From positions 1 to 43,223 of the forward strand of contig CALCEG010000010.1 in the NCBI GenBank assembly GCA_937900435.1: a DNA stretch of 43,223 nucleotides. Reading direction: 5' to 3'. This stretch comes from an uncultured Alphaproteobacteria bacterium (GTDB lineage Bacteria; Pseudomonadota; Alphaproteobacteria; Rs-D84). The notes beneath the pieces were generated by a model. That model was not told the DNA's origin. It made no database searches and saw only the letters and a list, made by a program, of their open reading frames with translations. A program made the translations under genes and the position numbers. Shown in pieces: positions 25,036 through 33,957 of the stretch (position 1 is its first letter; each line of letters begins with the position of its first letter).

Positions 25036-25934
25036 TGCATTTTCTCCTTTAACCAATCAAAGAACAAGTTATCAATAACAGTTTCCAGCTTTGCATATTT
25101 AATTTTATCTTGCAATTCCTGGGGCAAACGCACCCAATCTTTTTCCGTAGTTATTAATTTTGCATTTTTTTCATCTGCTAATTTGATTAACTTTTCCAAA
25201 TCTTGTTTTGTATATTGATAGTGGTCTGGAAAGCTTTTAGTTGCTACAACATTTTTTATCGCGGCAAAGAATTTCTTGGGATAACCAATCCCAGCAAACG
25301 CAACCAACTTTTCATCTTCGTCATACGGCGACACTGTTTGATTTTTTGCATAAAATACAGGGATTCCTGCTGGTAATTTGAAATTCTTTTTTGGTTTATC
25401 ACTTTTAATAACAATAATCACATCAGCATTTTTTATATGGCTTTTTGGCACACGCAACGGACCTGCCGGCAACAATAATCCATTACCAAACCCCAGTCCT
25501 TCATCAAACACCAATATCGATATATCTTTTTTAATCGTTGGATTTTGCAACCCATCATCCATAACAATCGGCACATCTGCATTTTGCTTACTTAACAATT
25601 CTATATTCTTTTTTCTGTTTCCCACATGAACAGTTAATCCATTCTTAGACAACATAGTTGCCTCGTCCCCGATACCATTTGTGTCTTTGGATTTTTTATA
25701 ACCACGCATAACAACAGGCGCATCAAGCCTGTTTGCAATTTCTTTAACTATTGGTGTTTTTCCGACCCCCCCAGCCAATATATTACCAACACAAATTACC
25801 AACCTGCGCGATTTAAATTGCTTATGTTTTCTGAACCACCAAACAACACGCCCGATAAAATAATAAACAAACGAAACAGGAACCAGCAACCAGGCGATTG
25901 GATTTTGTTTTAAAAACCAAAACGGAGTTTTCAT
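25011..25934 (-). CDS. lpxK: Tetraacyldisaccharide 4'-kinase
   Basis: 307-aa ORF. P-loop VGNILAGGVGKTPIV, GDEATML, DDGLQN and FPDHYQY. Confidence 0.9.
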   Translation of the reverse strand: MKTPFWFLKQNPIAWLLVPVSFVYYFIGRVVWWFRKHKQFKSRRLVICVGNILAGGVGKTPIVKEIANRLDAPVVMRGYKKSKDTNGIGDEATMLSKNGLTVHVGNRKKNIELLSKQNADVPIVMDDGLQNPTIKKDISILVFDEGLGFGNGLLLPAGPLRVPKSHIKNADVIIVIKSDKPKKNFKLPAGIPVFYAKNQTVSPYDEDEKLVAFAGIGYPKKFFAAIKNVVATKSFPDHYQYTKQDLEKLIKLADEKNAKLITTEKDWVRLPQELQDKIKYAKLETVIDNLFFDWLKEKMQCLHLTRK

Positions 25935-26731
25935 TTCTTAGCCTTTTTTGTTAATTTTTTCTGCGCTGCTAATTCACGTTTTCTTTGCTTAAAATCCATT
26001 GCATTCAAATCTTGTTCAACAGGTTTTATACCAAATTGTGCATCCATATCATGAACTTGCTTTACCATAAAATCTTCCAAGTCCTTGCGGATTTTTTCAA
26101 ATTCTTCGTCTGTTGCCTTACGCGGAACAAACACAGGCTCCCCGATATTACAAACAATTCTTGAAAAAGGCAACGCCACAAAATACCTGTCCCACCTGTC
26201 TTGCACCCACGCGCGCGATGCGCTATAACAGACTGGTATAATCGGTGCCCCTGACATTTTCGCAAAATACAACGCCCCATCTTGGACACGCAGCGATGGT
26301 CCCCCTGGTCCATCTGGGGACATACAAATACCATAATTTCCTTTCCCCAGCACACGCAATCCTTCACGCAGGACCGACACCCCACCCTTGGACGAAGACC
26401 CATAAATCGCGCGCAATCCGAACAACCGTTGAAGTTTTGCCATCATTCGCCCGTCTTTATGCCGACTTGCGATTGCATATGCATTCATACGTCCCAAACA
26501 AATAATCGGACTCAGCATCATACTGCGCCCATGCCAGAACACAAAAATCGCCGGCTTTTTCCTGTATTTATAGAACACATCAATATTATTAACTTTTTTA
26601 ACAGACGTAAAATAAACGAACCAAATTGGGATTGCGAACAATACTGCGATAATCCATTGAAAGATTCCTAAACCCAAAACAGGTTCCCAAAAACCTTTCC
26701 ATAACTTTCTAAAAGTCTTATTTTGAAACAC
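25931..26731 (-). CDS. DUF374-family (lysophospholipid acyltransferase-like) protein of the lipid A/Kdo neighbourhood
   Basis: 266-aa ORF overlapping the lpxK start by 4 nt. N-terminal TM helix. FWHGR, RHKDGRMMAKL, GSSSKGG and MSPDGPGGP match the DUF374 pattern recalled from memory. Confidence 0.7.
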   Translation of the reverse strand: MFQNKTFRKLWKGFWEPVLGLGIFQWIIAVLFAIPIWFVYFTSVKKVNNIDVFYKYRKKPAIFVFWHGRSMMLSPIICLGRMNAYAIASRHKDGRMMAKLQRLFGLRAIYGSSSKGGVSVLREGLRVLGKGNYGICMSPDGPGGPSLRVQDGALYFAKMSGAPIIPVCYSASRAWVQDRWDRYFVALPFSRIVCNIGEPVFVPRKATDEEFEKIRKDLEDFMVKQVHDMDAQFGIKPVEQDLNAMDFKQRKRELAAQKKLTKKAKK

Positions 26732-26816
26732 GACACACCTTTATATTTTAAAACTGCAACCATCTTAGCAAGAAAATAAACACAATTCAAGAACATCAAT
26801 ATTTTCACTTTTTTTA

Positions 26817-26844
26817 TTGACTATTCTAATAAATAGTATATAAT
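26817..26844 (+). promoter_or_regulatory. Sigma-70-type promoter of tRNA-fMet
   Basis: TTGACT, a 16-nt spacer, then TATAAT. The -10 element ends 13 nt before the tRNA 5' end. Confidence 0.55.
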
Positions 26845-26857
26845 GTATACACCTTAT

Positions 26858-26926
<69 letters not shown>

Positions 26927-26934
<8 letters not shown>

Positions 26935-27004
26935 AAGTTTCAAAACTTGCCCATTGGGGCAAGTTTTTGTTTGTTTTACAATACCTACAAAAAGTTCGAA
27001 AGTT
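26927..27004 (+). repeat. 78-bp direct repeat, left copy (last 8 nt of tRNA-fMet, its terminator, and 34 more nt)
   Basis: Exact match to 27752-27829 (offset 825 bp). Identity continues with 1 mismatch to 27010/27835. Confidence 0.9.
26944..26970 (+). terminator. Intrinsic terminator of tRNA-fMet
   Basis: CTTGCCC-attg-GGGCAAG followed by TTTTTGTTTG. Confidence 0.7.
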
Positions 27005-27009
27005 GAAAT

Positions 27010-27040
27010 TTAAAAAAGTGGCAAAAAATCGCCACTTTCG
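27010..27040 (-). terminator. Intrinsic terminator of the GNAT gene
   Basis: Minus strand: AAAGUGGC-gauuuuuu-GCCACUUU followed by UUUAAAUUU. Confidence 0.5.
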
Positions 27041-27049
27041 AACTGATTT

Positions 27050-27616
27050 TTATTTTTTATATTCGCTTGCTAATTTAGAAAACACAGCAAAATCCTCCCA
27101 TTCCTGCATCTGTTTATTAAAATTTGCATCTCTTTCTACACCATCTTTCTTTAAACCTAATTTTTTTAGTGTTCCACAACTTGCTTTATTTTTTACATTA
27201 GCCTTTGCAGACAATTTATGAAAACCCATTTGGAAAAAGTATGCTTCTAATGCCTTTATACCTTCGGTTGCAAAACCATTATGTGCAAACTTTTTACAAA
27301 CCCATGCACCAAATTCTCCACATTCGCGTTTCCAAGAGATACTGTGAACACTCACCATACCAACAAATTCATTAGTATCTTTTTTAAACATAGCATACGA
27401 TACAGCTTTACCGTTTTCGATATTTTGTTTACCAGAAACCAAAAAATCATATTCTTCTTCCGGCTTTTTTACTAACGCAAATGGCATAAATTTAAAAAAT
27501 TCACGATTGTTTGATATTTCGTTATATAATAATTTTGCAAAATCAAAACTAGGTTCAATTGTTTTTAGATTTAATCTTTTAGTTGAAATAAGTTTCTTGA
27601 ATTTTTGCTGTTTCAT
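27050..27616 (-). CDS. GNAT-family N-acetyltransferase (RimJ/RimL-like)
   Basis: 188-aa ORF. TKRLNLKTIEPSFDFAKLLY N-terminus, VGMVSVHSISWKRECGEFGAWVCKKFAHNGFATEG acetyl-CoA-binding core, and GFHKLSAKANVKNKASCGTLKKLGLKKDG. Confidence 0.85.
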   Translation of the reverse strand: MKQQKFKKLISTKRLNLKTIEPSFDFAKLLYNEISNNREFFKFMPFALVKKPEEEYDFLVSGKQNIENGKAVSYAMFKKDTNEFVGMVSVHSISWKRECGEFGAWVCKKFAHNGFATEGIKALEAYFFQMGFHKLSAKANVKNKASCGTLKKLGLKKDGVERDANFNKQMQEWEDFAVFSKLASEYKK

Positions 27617-27751
27617 ATAAAACCTCTCTGTTTATATAAAAGTATATCATACACAATGAATTAAATCAAATTTACTAACTTCAACATACCTTTCATAATA
27701 TCAATCTCTTACCCTATTTCCACCAATTCGGTTCGAGAACCACACACACTG

Positions 27752-27829
27752 CGCAACCAAAGTTTCAAAACTTGCCCATTGGGGCAAGTTTTTGTTTGTT
27801 TTACAATACCTACAAAAAGTTCGAAAGTT
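27752..27829 (+). repeat. 78-bp direct repeat, right copy
   Basis: Exact match to 26927-27004. It is preceded by GGTTCGAGAACC...CTGCGCAACCA, a degenerate tRNA 3'-half-like stretch. Confidence 0.9.
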
Positions 27830-27956
27830 AAAATTAAAAAAAATTGCTATTACAGAAATGTTAAATTCACAAGAATCCGCCTTAAACAAAAAAAGCCTTG
27901 AACGATAATATCAATACTCATCCACAACAGTGTATTTTTGCGTAACCACAACAATC

Positions 27957-27985
27957 TTGACAAAATATATTATTTGTATTATTAT
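27957..27985 (+). promoter_or_regulatory. Candidate promoter of ORF 28007
   Basis: TTGACA, a 17-nt spacer, then TATTAT. AAAGGA lies 7 nt before the ATG. Confidence 0.4.
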
Positions 27986-28006
27986 TAATAAAACAAAGGA
28001 TTTAAT

Positions 28007-28441
28007 ATGCAATCGATTAATTTCAAAGACGCAATGATAATTTGCGCAACATTAAATAACATTGGTCACCTTAAAGTATACAGAAACACCCCCTACCAAG
28101 ATACATTAAGGTACACCCCCAGAAAAGGTTATGCAACCGATGAGTCGAATTCATTGGCGTGTGATTGCCTGCGTAAGCTTGGTTTTACAAACGTTCAAAT
28201 TAATCCTGAAAAAAGCGTATATCATTGTATTTCTGCAACCATTGAATGTGAATACGATTTATCAACCAAAACAATAAAGCACGCCAACCCAAACGACCTT
28301 CGCGCATTACTCTACATAATAAATTACATCAAGACCTGGTGTGTTGTTTCCTTGCCATCAGAATCTGGTTCCGACCCCATACCATTTAACAAATACCTAT
28401 CAAATATAAAGAATTATTTATCACAACAAAAACAAAGATGA
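28007..28441 (+). CDS. Hypothetical 144-aa protein
   Basis: ORF with promoter-like, SD and terminator signals. No recognisable motif and no signal peptide. Confidence 0.55.
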   Translation: MQSINFKDAMIICATLNNIGHLKVYRNTPYQDTLRYTPRKGYATDESNSLACDCLRKLGFTNVQINPEKSVYHCISATIECEYDLSTKTIKHANPNDLRALLYIINYIKTWCVVSLPSESGSDPIPFNKYLSNIKNYLSQQKQR

Positions 28442-28445
28442 CCAC

Positions 28446-28470
28446 ACCGCCAAAATCGGCGGTATTTTTT
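28446..28470 (+). terminator. Intrinsic terminator of ORF 28007
   Basis: ACCGCC-aaaatc-GGCGGT followed by ATTTTTT. Confidence 0.6.
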
Positions 28471-28543
28471 CACAACTTATTTTTTTATTCAAAACACAAT
28501 AAATATAGTTATAATTATAAAAACCATACCAAAAGGTACCGCT

Positions 28544-28747
28544 ATGAATTCAGATTTTGAAAACAAATGGGAACCAACCACTGAATACACTCACATGGTT
28601 GAACGCGAAGAACAATTTTCAAATTACAAACTTGAACGGGCAACTAATAAAGAACTTGAAATGTTAAACAGCCCATCCCCCATATTTGATGCTCTTTTCA
28701 AATTTATTCAAATATTCAAAAAAAACAATAAACAGAAATCCCATTAA
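28544..28747 (+). CDS. Hypothetical 67-aa acidic protein
   Basis: ORF with AAAAGG upstream, lying first in the apparent 28544-30299 operon. No motif recognised. Confidence 0.4.
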   Translation: MNSDFENKWEPTTEYTHMVEREEQFSNYKLERATNKELEMLNSPSPIFDALFKFIQIFKKNNKQKSH

Positions 28748-28776
28748 AAATAATAACAACTACAAAAAGATAAAAA

Positions 28777-29727
28777 ATGTCAATAAAACCTACACCAAAA
28801 AAAATATCAAACTTTGTTGAAAAATATATAAAGCTGTTTCAATCAGACCCAACTATCAGTTCAGAATATATCTATAAAGTCCCCGCATCAGAACTGAATA
28901 ATCTGGGTGATTTTTTACGCGATGACGACTGTCGTGTTTATCTGTGTTTCTATCCATTATCCGACCAAGAATACGACAAAAAAAACGACGAATTTATGTT
29001 TGCTGAATACCACTATCCCAAACGAATGACATTAAAAGACGGCAAACTAAAACTTGAATTAAATGTTGTAATACCTGCTAAAAATAGATATGTTGACAAA
29101 GCAAAAATTGTTGAAATTATTGCCCACGAACTTGACCACGCATACGAAACATGGCATAAATTACAACCAACTACCAATACAGACAATAAATTATCCTATT
29201 TTGCCAAATTATTTAAAATCGCAAAGAAAAGAAAAACAATAAAAAAACAATTAAAAGATTACGATAATATACTACCACAACAAGATAGTACTTTTCACGA
29301 TGATTTTCGTTGGGTTGCATATTTTTGCGTTGACCTTGAAATCAGTGCTAATCTTGCTGGCATCAATGCATTTTTACAAGAAAACAATAACGATAAAACA
29401 AAACTAGAACTAAGTCGTGGTTATCAAACATTTCAAATTATAAAAGAAAAATTTGAAAAGATAAAAACAAATGCAACAAATTCCGACTGGGCTTGGGCAC
29501 AAAGAAACGTTTCATATATTGGTACAAACAAACAAGAAAATGTATCTGATTTCAAGAAACGATTTATAGAATATTATGAACATAAATTTAATGAATTTGA
29601 AAACAACTTAAAAAAAATCACTACAAAAACAAACGATAAACATAATACGCTTAAATCAGCTAGTGATAAACTAACACAAAAAATTATTCTAAAAACAAAA
29701 CAATCGAACAAGAAAGATTCTTTATGA
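28777..29727 (+). CDS. Hypothetical cytoplasmic-type protein with an HExxH motif (putative zincin)
   Basis: 316-aa ORF with no signal peptide. IIAHELDHAYETWH, with HELDH at nt 29125-29139. The stop overlaps the next start (ATGA). Confidence 0.6.
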   Translation: MSIKPTPKKISNFVEKYIKLFQSDPTISSEYIYKVPASELNNLGDFLRDDDCRVYLCFYPLSDQEYDKKNDEFMFAEYHYPKRMTLKDGKLKLELNVVIPAKNRYVDKAKIVEIIAHELDHAYETWHKLQPTTNTDNKLSYFAKLFKIAKKRKTIKKQLKDYDNILPQQDSTFHDDFRWVAYFCVDLEISANLAGINAFLQENNNDKTKLELSRGYQTFQIIKEKFEKIKTNATNSDWAWAQRNVSYIGTNKQENVSDFKKRFIEYYEHKFNEFENNLKKITTKTNDKHNTLKSASDKLTQKIILKTKQSNKKDSL

Positions 29728-30299
29728 AAAAACAAATAATTTTATCATTAGTATTTTTAACACATAACGCTTTTGCATATACAACCGGTATTCAACAATA
29801 CATTGGCATTGATGCCGGATTAAATATCGGGGATTACACACAAAAAACAGACCTGGACGACACATATTATTCTGCAACTGTCAACGCTGGCATCCGCGTA
29901 AACCGCAATTTTGGGGCAGAATTATTTTTCACACACTCTTCGACAAACAACCTTGAATACATATATGATTTAAACGCAATAAACCACGAAGTTTATTATA
30001 TGGTGTTTGGTTTTGATATTTTTGCATATTATCCCCTGTCCAAGAACGCGGACTTTTTCACAACTTTTGGTGTTGCGAGCCACAAGGTTTACAACAAATA
30101 CGAATACATAACCGAAATAAATGAAACTAATACAACAAATTCAGACAACGATATCAGCACCCGAATTGGTATTGGTTTTTTATACACTTTTCCTGGCAAT
30201 CATGTATCTGCAGTAATACGATATAATTACACACCAATTAATAATGATATATTTAAAACAATGTCAAAATTTTCATTTGGTTTCAGATACACATTCTAA
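29724..30299 (+). CDS. Small outer-membrane beta-barrel protein (OmpW/OMP_b-brl-like)
   Basis: 191-aa ORF. Signal peptide MKKQIILSLVFLTHNAFA, alternating aromatic beta-strand pattern, and a C-terminal FGFRYTF. Confidence 0.7.
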   Translation: MKKQIILSLVFLTHNAFAYTTGIQQYIGIDAGLNIGDYTQKTDLDDTYYSATVNAGIRVNRNFGAELFFTHSSTNNLEYIYDLNAINHEVYYMVFGFDIFAYYPLSKNADFFTTFGVASHKVYNKYEYITEINETNTTNSDNDISTRIGIGFLYTFPGNHVSAVIRYNYTPINNDIFKTMSKFSFGFRYTF

Positions 30300-30913
30300 T
30301 CATCAAAACACTTTTTTAAATCTGCCCCATTTTCCAACTGGTCAACCTGTTTGTTTCTAATTTCCTGTGCGGCTTTTATTTTTTGTTTTATCAGAATTAA
30401 ATCAGGATGTTTTTGTAATTCTTGATGAATCAAATCAATCGCATTATCTATATCATCTTTTTTATTAACAAACACCGGCATCACAGAATCCGCCGCCAGC
30501 GACACCGAATTTTTTAATTCTTTATCAAAATCATCTATCACCGACAAATAAGTTTTAATATGTTTTTCTTCGTGTTTAAGTATTGCATTGTATGCACAAG
30601 TATCTGGGGTATGCCTGATATCTATATTAACAGTAAAATCATTATAGCCGACTGTTGCATTTACATTTTTCAACCAAACACAATATCCATCTTTGACCTG
30701 ACTTACATCAACCTCTATATCATAATTATCAACCAATGTCGCCACAACATTCCCATGCCACAAGTCCATTGGTACGCGCGGTTGTGCGACTAATTTTTTC
30801 CAATCAGGCTTATAAATATCAACATTTGGGCTAACCTTAAAATCCATACAATCAGCCGCAATCAACGGCCCACCACAGAACACAAACAAAAACAGCAGAA
30901 TATATTTAACCAC
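30296..30913 (-). CDS. Secreted protein with an HExxH motif (possibly a DUF922-like zinc peptidase), last gene of the virB3-virB4 operon
   Basis: 205-aa ORF. Its GTG start immediately follows the virB4 TAG stop. Signal peptide MVKYILLFLFVFCGGPLIAA. ILKHEEKHIK, with HEEKH at nt 30560-30574. Confidence 0.6.
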   Translation of the reverse strand: MVKYILLFLFVFCGGPLIAADCMDFKVSPNVDIYKPDWKKLVAQPRVPMDLWHGNVVATLVDNYDIEVDVSQVKDGYCVWLKNVNATVGYNDFTVNIDIRHTPDTCAYNAILKHEEKHIKTYLSVIDDFDKELKNSVSLAADSVMPVFVNKKDDIDNAIDLIHQELQKHPDLILIKQKIKAAQEIRNKQVDQLENGADLKKCFDD

Positions 30914-33349
30914 CTATTCCAACGCGCCTTGTTTTTTCAAATATTCGTTAACAAAATTACTGCCATACATTTTGTACAATTCTTCGGCCATCAACACTGA
31001 CGAGCGTCCAGATTCAAACAATCTTAACAAACTACCCAATCCGCCTAATTCTGTATTTAAAATCACAGATTCCCCATTCACAGGTCGCGACAACAGAACC
31101 GCCCTTTTAAGATTTGGATATGCTTTTCCTTGGATAAACGCCATTTCCAACGGATTCAGATTCCAGTGTTCATAATCACGCGCATCCGCCGCAGGATTTC
31201 TAAAGAACAATACAGTTTGTGCCTGTCCACGCACAACATCACCAATTCCCAATTTATCCAGCACATTTGCACGTTGGAACGCAACCATATACGCTTGACG
31301 ATTTTTACGTCCTTCTTGTAACCCAGCGATAAAATTATCGCGGAACATTTTGTTTTCCAACATTGGCGCAGTTTCGTCAATCATAATAAGTGATGGATTT
31401 CCACCCGACACAGTAATATTATTAATTCTGTGCAAAATATAAGAAATAACCGCAGGCGACAAAACTTCATCTTGCAGAATTTCTGTAAAATCGAACGTAG
31501 TTAATCTTGAATTTAAATCCAACGTATCAGATGTTTCATTAAACATATCGCCATATTGCAATGGGTCTACCCACTTTTTCAATGCACTTCTCATATTACC
31601 AGACGAAGAAAAACAACTTTCCCACAAATTTTTCAACATTCTGTCTTTATCGGACAAATAATCAAAGTTCACCGAAACAGCGCGCGCAATTTCATCTGCG
31701 GATTGCGCATCATTTTGCCCTGATATAATCGAAAACCAGCGACGCAAGAAAGCACGATTTGCCGCACTATCTGGTATCTTAAGTGGATTTAAATGAGTCA
31801 AGAAACTTTCTTCTGTTTTATTAGCCGCTGTAACTTTTTCCTTGCCATTCATTGTGATATACTTACCACCAACCGCCAACGTAAAGATTTCTGCACCTTT
31901 ATTTCTGTCAAAGAAGAATGTTTTTAACTTTTGGTGTCTTAAACTTTGCGCGATTAAGAACGAGAATAAAGTAGTTTTCCCACCACCTGTTGGCCCAATT
32001 GTAAGTGTATGTCCAACCGCCGCTGGCTTATCAGAAACATGGAACTGGAATTGATATGGTGTTCCCTGGGCTGTTGGGAAAACAACCAACGGTCCGTCGC
32101 CCCAATCAGAATTTTCGATACCGCGTGGCTGCGAAGACATTGGAATACTGATTGCGGCTGTTTTCGACAACAATTTAAAAGTACGCGGAAACACATCAAA
32201 TCCTGGGATTTGCGCAAACCAAGAAACCTTTGACGCAAACGTTTCAACCACTGGCGAAATACCAAACGAAGCTGCAATTTTTTTGAATTCATCCACATAT
32301 TTTTTTAATTCATCTTTTGTTGCGCCAAACAGAACAAACAGCGGATAATAATTAACCAAGCTTTGATTTCCTGAAATATTTTCGTCCATTGCACCTTCTG
32401 CTTGGAATATTTGTTCTTCGGTCGACATCTGTTTTTTTTCATCTGCAACCGCGCGTTTTTGTCTGATTGTTGCTTCAACATCTGCAGCGCCCATTATACG
32501 AAAACCATTCATTACAATCATTTCTGTTTGGATTGTTGAAACAGTATCAAAAAATTCTTCATCTAAATAATCTGGCGACATTTTAAAAGACAACATTGCC
32601 GCGAACGACTGATTTGGGCCACTTATATATCTAACTTCACCATCTTTCAAGAATTCTACATCATCAACAGTTGTCAGATTTTTAATATTATTATCCGCCT
32701 TTTTGGGTTTTGGCTTTGAAATTGGCGACAAAATACGCCCCAAAAAGGTCGCCATATTATCATCACTGTTGTTTTTCAAAACTTTTGGTTTATACGCTGC
32801 CAACATAGACTCGATATAATTACCATATTGATTTAATTTTGCACGCGCATCATTTCCACTAACCGACAAAACTATATAATAATTATTCAAGAAAATCTTT
32901 AACCCTTGCCCACGCCATTTATCATAAATACGTTGCAGTGTTTGTTGATGAAATTCATATTTAGTATTTTCATCTGCGGCATCACGAATCATATAAAAAC
33001 GCAAAACCACCCCAGTATCACGAATTTGATTAAACAGTTGTGCACGCAAATCCAAGAATTTTTCTTTTGTTTTATCATCTTGCAACGATGTTTGAATACC
33101 TGCGACCCGATACACCCTGATTAAACTGCCATCAGTCATCGACATTGAATTATCGTTATACACCGTATCAAACGGCAAATAATTTGCATACTTTGCATAA
33201 CCAAACTTTGGAAAGATTTTTTTTGTCAGCATTGGGACACAAATCAACAAAGCTAAAAACAATAAAACAATCAGCATCACCATCACCGTCATAGAAAACG
33301 GTACTTGTGAACCTGCGAAATAATCAAAAAAATCTTTAATATTATTCAT
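30914..33349 (-). CDS. virB4: Type IV secretion system ATPase VirB4/TrbE/CagE family
   Basis: 811-aa ORF. N-terminal TM segment, Walker A GPTGGGKTTLFSF, Walker B-like LIMIDETAP, and the size and order expected after virB3. Confidence 0.92.
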   Translation of the reverse strand: MNNIKDFFDYFAGSQVPFSMTVMVMLIVLLFLALLICVPMLTKKIFPKFGYAKYANYLPFDTVYNDNSMSMTDGSLIRVYRVAGIQTSLQDDKTKEKFLDLRAQLFNQIRDTGVVLRFYMIRDAADENTKYEFHQQTLQRIYDKWRGQGLKIFLNNYYIVLSVSGNDARAKLNQYGNYIESMLAAYKPKVLKNNSDDNMATFLGRILSPISKPKPKKADNNIKNLTTVDDVEFLKDGEVRYISGPNQSFAAMLSFKMSPDYLDEEFFDTVSTIQTEMIVMNGFRIMGAADVEATIRQKRAVADEKKQMSTEEQIFQAEGAMDENISGNQSLVNYYPLFVLFGATKDELKKYVDEFKKIAASFGISPVVETFASKVSWFAQIPGFDVFPRTFKLLSKTAAISIPMSSQPRGIENSDWGDGPLVVFPTAQGTPYQFQFHVSDKPAAVGHTLTIGPTGGGKTTLFSFLIAQSLRHQKLKTFFFDRNKGAEIFTLAVGGKYITMNGKEKVTAANKTEESFLTHLNPLKIPDSAANRAFLRRWFSIISGQNDAQSADEIARAVSVNFDYLSDKDRMLKNLWESCFSSSGNMRSALKKWVDPLQYGDMFNETSDTLDLNSRLTTFDFTEILQDEVLSPAVISYILHRINNITVSGGNPSLIMIDETAPMLENKMFRDNFIAGLQEGRKNRQAYMVAFQRANVLDKLGIGDVVRGQAQTVLFFRNPAADARDYEHWNLNPLEMAFIQGKAYPNLKRAVLLSRPVNGESVILNTELGGLGSLLRLFESGRSSVLMAEELYKMYGSNFVNEYLKKQGALE

Positions 33350-33645
33350 TATGCTGCCAACTTTCTTGGTATTTTCTTTTTAAACAGTTGTATTTTTGCG
33401 GACACAATTTGCCCCAGTTGAGGGTCTTTTTTTGCGAACACCATCATAACACAATGCACCCCAATAACAGAAATCAAAAAGAACATTGGGCTAACAGGAT
33501 CTGCTCCTTTGGTAATAATCAGCGACCCAACGAACATAATCATATAAATAATAAACTGCACAGCAAAATTAATTACCGCCAGCGAATAAGGCACATAAAA
33601 AAGAAGTGCCGGATTAGCCAATGCTTTTAAAACTTGCTGTTTCAT
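33349..33645 (-). CDS. virB3: Type IV secretion system protein VirB3
   Basis: 98-aa ORF with two TM helices (LLFYVPYSLAVINFAVQFIIYMIMFV and PMFFLISVIGVHCVMMVF). The stop overlaps the virB4 start. AAGGA lies upstream. Confidence 0.8.
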   Translation of the reverse strand: MKQQVLKALANPALLFYVPYSLAVINFAVQFIIYMIMFVGSLIITKGADPVSPMFFLISVIGVHCVMMVFAKKDPQLGQIVSAKIQLFKKKIPRKLAA

Positions 33646-33660
33646 ATTCTCTCGTCCTTT

Positions 33661-33873
33661 TTAACAATTATAACAATTTCAACAATTTTCAACAAGTATA
33701 AAAAGACAAATACTCAAAATTGTTAAAAGTGTTAAAAAGTGGTAATTTTTTCAACTGTTAATTCTTTTTATGATTTTTTAACAAAAACGACACAAACGTG
33801 CAAATTTCTAGGATTTTTTTGTTAAAAACTTGTTAATAAAAAACTAAAAACCGTTTTCAACAATTTCAACAGG
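33661..33873. promoter_or_regulatory. Iteron-like repeat field and candidate promoter upstream of virB3
   Basis: About 12 copies of TTGTT(G/A)A(A/T)A and its complement. These include four contiguous 9-nt units at 33661-33696 and two at 33856-33873. The minus-strand promoter TTGTTG-17-TATAAT (33667-33695) lies inside the first block. TTAA-N7-TTAA occurs at 33822-33836. Confidence 0.45.
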
Positions 33874-33906
33874 CCCTACTAAAACAACAATAAATAATAA
33901 TATTAT

Positions 33907-33934
33907 TTGATTTTTAAAAAAATATGTTTATAAT
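33907..33934 (+). promoter_or_regulatory. Sigma-70-type promoter of rpmJ
   Basis: TTGATT, a 16-nt spacer, then TATAAT. The -10 element ends 23 nt upstream of the ATG, and AAAGGA is in between. Confidence 0.5.
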
Positions 33935-33957
33935 CGCCTTGTAAAAAGGATAACGAT

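Noticed and set aside
27050-27616. GNAT gene as an AtaT/TacT-type tRNA-acetylating toxin, suggested by its position beside tRNA-fMet
   Set aside because: The N-terminal TKRLNLK..IEP... pattern and the size fit RimJ/RimL-type acetyltransferases. No small RHH/DUF1778 antitoxin ORF lies upstream or downstream.
27701-27889. ORF 27701-27889(-), 62 aa
   Set aside because: It lies entirely on the right copy of the 78-bp repeat and the terminator hairpin, and has no SD. It is most likely spurious.
33650-33957. Replication origin (oriC) in the AT-rich repeat field upstream of virB3
   Set aside because: I could find no TTATCCACA-type DnaA boxes. dnaA and dnaN are not nearby, and the repeats overlap a promoter, so a regulatory role is more economical.
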